A stretch of DNA of 64,000 bases from Oligoflexia bacterium (lineage in GTDB: Bacteria; Bdellovibrionota; UBA1018). Positions 61,060-64,000 of the stretch are shown piece by piece. The notes below the pieces were generated by a model. The model searched no databases and was not told where the DNA came from. It saw only the letters and a program-made list of their open reading frames with translations. The position numbers and the translations under genes were made by a program. Position 1 is the stretch's first letter, and each line of letters opens with the position of its first letter. Where the stretch lies: contig JACMNQ010000075.1 in the NCBI GenBank assembly GCA_014378465.1, forward strand, positions 64,352 to 128,351, given 5' to 3'.

Positions 61060-62286
61060 ATGTCCAAAAAGGACTTTGTAGTGGGTTTAGACATTGGAAC
61101 CACAAAAATTTGCTGCATTGTTGGTGAGATTGCCGAACACGGCATGATCGACATCATCGGTATCGGCACCGCCCCTTCAGTCGGGCTTCGCAAGGGCTGC
61201 GTGATCAACATCGACGCCACCGTCGAGAGCATCACCAAGGCCGTCGAAGAAGCTGAACTCATGGCTGGCGTTGAAATCTCGAATGTCTTCACCGGCATTG
61301 CGGGCGGCCATATCAAGTCATTCAATTCCACCGGCATCGTCGCCATCAAGGACAAGGAAATCACCGAGCAGGACGTTCAGCGCGTGATCGACGCCGCCAA
61401 GGCAGTGGCGATCCCTCTGGACCGCGAAGTGATTCACATCATGCCTCAGGAATACGTCATCGACAGTCAGGATGGGATCCGTGATCCGATCGGCATGACC
61501 GGCGTGCGCCTCGAAGGCAAAGTTCATATCGTGACCGGTGCTGTGTCGTCCGCTCAGAACATCATCAAGTGTGCGAACAAGGCGGGCTTGAATGTCTCGG
61601 AGATCTGCCTTGAGCCGATCGCTTCCGCTGAAGCGGTGCTTTCTCAGGATGAAAAGGACCTCGGAGTCGTGCTCATCGATATCGGAGGCGGCACCAGTGA
61701 CCTCGCGATCTTCCGTGAAGGCGCGATCGTCCATACGAGTGTTCTCCCGATCGGTGGCAACCACATCACCAACGACATCGCAGTCGGCCTCAGAACTCCC
61801 CAGGTTGAAGCTGAAAAGATCAAGATCCGCCATGGCTGCGCTCTCGCATCCCTCGTCAAGCCTGACGAGACGATCGAAGTCGCGGGTGTCGGTGGTCGCA
61901 AGCCCCGCGTGCTCTCGAGACGCCTGCTCGCTGAAATCATTGAACCACGCATCGAAGAGATCTTCTCTCTGATTCAGCGTGAGATCACGGCTTCCGGTTA
62001 TACCGAGCTTCTCTCTGGCGGCGTCGTGCTGACCGGCGGCGCAAGCCTGCTCGAAGGTATGCCTGAACTCGCGGAATTCATCTTTGAAATGCCCGTCAAG
62101 CGCGGCATTCCACAGAACATTGGAGGGTTGCGCGACGTCGTCAATTCACCAAAGTTTGCTACTGGTGTCGGCCTTCTGAAATACGGAGCTCGCCATGGCG
62201 TAAAAAGCAGATTCCAGATTCGTGACAAAAATATCTACGATAAAGTCCGTGGCTCAATGCGAACCTGGATCAAGGATTTATTTTAA
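61060..62286 (+). CDS. ftsA: Cell division protein FtsA
   Basis: Motifs GLDIGTTKI, G.RKG, IDIGGGTSD, GG.HIT.DIA, VLTGG; C-terminal amphipathic W...LF. Confidence 0.97.
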   Translation: MSKKDFVVGLDIGTTKICCIVGEIAEHGMIDIIGIGTAPSVGLRKGCVINIDATVESITKAVEEAELMAGVEISNVFTGIAGGHIKSFNSTGIVAIKDKEITEQDVQRVIDAAKAVAIPLDREVIHIMPQEYVIDSQDGIRDPIGMTGVRLEGKVHIVTGAVSSAQNIIKCANKAGLNVSEICLEPIASAEAVLSQDEKDLGVVLIDIGGGTSDLAIFREGAIVHTSVLPIGGNHITNDIAVGLRTPQVEAEKIKIRHGCALASLVKPDETIEVAGVGGRKPRVLSRRLLAEIIEPRIEEIFSLIQREITASGYTELLSGGVVLTGGASLLEGMPELAEFIFEMPVKRGIPQNIGGLRDVVNSPKFATGVGLLKYGARHGVKSRFQIRDKNIYDKVRGSMRTWIKDLF

Positions 62287-62398
62287 GAATCTGCTTTAAA
62301 TAGGGGAGCCGGGGCGACTGAAAGGAAACCCGGGCGAAATCAGTAACCACGAAGCGGGGCCGGAAACGGATCGCTTCATACAAGAAGAGGATCTTCTT

Positions 62399-63982
62399 AT
62401 GTTCGAAATAGACCAAGTCGCAAGCCACGGAGCCAAAATCAAAGTAATCGGCGTAGGCGGGAGCGGATGCAACGCGATCAACACCATGATTCGAATGGGA
62501 CTGAGCGGTGTTGAATTCATCACTGCCAATACCGATAAACAGGCTCTGGACGCATCCCTTGCTCCAACCAAAATTGCCATCGGTCAGGAACTGACCAAGG
62601 GACTTGGTGCCGGCGCCAATCCTGAAATCGGCCGTCAGGCCGCTCTCGAAGATTACGCGAAGATCTCGGAAATCCTCGCCGGTGCCGACATGGTGTTCAT
62701 CACCGCAGGCATGGGCGGCGGTACCGGAACCGGTGCTGCTCCGATCTTCGCCAAGATCGCTCGTGAAATCGGCGCCCTCACCGTGGGTGTGGTCACCAAG
62801 CCCTTTCAATTCGAAGGTCGCAAGCGCATGAAGCACGCCGATCAGGGCATGGCCTGGCTGCGTGAGAATGTCGATTCTCTCATCACCATTCCGAATCAGA
62901 GACTTCTCGCCATCTCCGGCGCGACTCTTTCGATGATGGATGCTTTCAAGAAAGCCGATGAAGTGCTTCTGAACGCAGTTCAAGGCATTTCTGATCTGAT
63001 CAATCACACCGGTCTGATCAACTCCGATTTCGCCGACGTCAAGACCATCATGGGCAACAAAGGCCTCGCTCTCATGGGTATCGGTTATGGAGAAGGTGAA
63101 CATCGCGCGGTTGAAGCTGCGACGACCGCCATTTCCAGCCCCCTCCTCGAAGACGTCTCGATCAACGGCGCGACCGGGATCATCATCAATATCACCGGCG
63201 GATCGAATCTCAAGATTCACGAAGTCAATGAAGCCACGACCCTCATCATGGAAGCCGCTCATGAAGATGCCGAAATCATTTTCGGTACCGTCATTGACGA
63301 GACCATGAAGGACCAGGTCAAGGTCACCGTCATCGCCACCGGACTCGGCGGCATGACTGCCTTCGCTCAGCCCCCAGCTCAGCAGTCTGTCATGAACAAC
63401 AACATGGCTCCTCCGGTGCCGAATGCCCAGATGCTCGCGCAGATGGCTCCTCAGCAGATGAACAATCCGGCTCAGTATGCTACCATGGCCGCAATGACGA
63501 ACTTGCAGCAGCAGGCCGCGCAACCGATGCAAAACGGTTATGCTCCTCAGCAGCAGGCTCCTCAGCAATACCAGCAGGCACCTCAGCAGCAGTACGCTCA
63601 GGCTCCGCAACAGTACCAACAACAACCACAGCAGCAGCAGTATGCTCAGCAGCCCCAGGTTCCTCAGTATCAGCAACAGACTCAGCAGCAGTATGCTCAG
63701 ACCCAACAGGCTCTGCAGCAGAATGCCGCTCCTGTCGCTCCCCAGGCTCCAGTCGACGCTCAAGCCGGTTTCGAAGAGTCGTACGAAGAGCAGGAAATGG
63801 CTCAGACTGCGGCAAATCCAGGCTTGAACGCCAAGACCCCGAACATGGGTGCTGGCGCTGAAGCAGGTGGCGAACTCGCTCGCGCCAGAGCCATCGCTCA
63901 GCGCCTCGGCATCACCAATCTGACTGATGACGAATACGATGTACCGACCTACATGCGTCGCCAGCAGGACCGTGAGTTCTGA
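62399..63982 (+). CDS. ftsZ: Cell division GTPase FtsZ with long Q/P-rich linker
   Basis: Motifs [34 protein letters not shown]; C-terminal peptide DVPTYMRR. Confidence 0.98.
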   Translation: MFEIDQVASHGAKIKVIGVGGSGCNAINTMIRMGLSGVEFITANTDKQALDASLAPTKIAIGQELTKGLGAGANPEIGRQAALEDYAKISEILAGADMVFITAGMGGGTGTGAAPIFAKIAREIGALTVGVVTKPFQFEGRKRMKHADQGMAWLRENVDSLITIPNQRLLAISGATLSMMDAFKKADEVLLNAVQGISDLINHTGLINSDFADVKTIMGNKGLALMGIGYGEGEHRAVEAATTAISSPLLEDVSINGATGIIINITGGSNLKIHEVNEATTLIMEAAHEDAEIIFGTVIDETMKDQVKVTVIATGLGGMTAFAQPPAQQSVMNNNMAPPVPNAQMLAQMAPQQMNNPAQYATMAAMTNLQQQAAQPMQNGYAPQQQAPQQYQQAPQQQYAQAPQQYQQQPQQQQYAQQPQVPQYQQQTQQQYAQTQQALQQNAAPVAPQAPVDAQAGFEESYEEQEMAQTAANPGLNAKTPNMGAGAEAGGELARARAIAQRLGITNLTDDEYDVPTYMRRQQDREF

Positions 63983-64000
63983 TCTGACCTGAATCGAGAT

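Noticed and set aside
63538-63720. CRISPR or VNTR array in the CAG-rich repeats
   Set aside because: These are imperfect in-frame coding repeats of the FtsZ linker, with no repeat-spacer pattern and no cas genes.
62270-63763. 497-aa antisense Leu-rich ORF
   Set aside because: It is the mirror of ftsZ (CAG repeats read as CTG) and reflects codon bias.

Overview
Gene-dense, roughly 55% GC bacterial chromosome segment. Gene content and order (spoVG-tRNA-Gln, DUF1844-degP, stand-alone mreB, PilZ proteins, deltaproteobacterial-type lgt) suggest Bdellovibrionota/Oligoflexia; this is an inference. Most of it is core envelope and housekeeping DNA: peptidoglycan recycling (amgK, murU, anmK), heat-shock proteostasis (degP, clpB), lspA-lgt-plsY, a BtuFCD-like ABC importer, galU, priA, lepB, lptG, def-fmt-rpe-hutHUI, an AMP nucleosidase-mreB-PilZ-PTPS-rlmE-RibD run, mtgA plus a PBP, and a rearranged dcw cluster ending in a very Q-rich FtsZ. 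I saw no CRISPR array, rRNA, integrase or transposase. The strongest candidate novel system is at 14.2-15.5 kb. There, a winged-HTH nucleotidyltransferase is translationally coupled to a free-standing, apparently catalytically degenerate CP1 editing domain of isoleucyl-tRNA synthetase, in the position where ileS normally precedes lspA. All calls come from motif recognition by eye; no database search was run.
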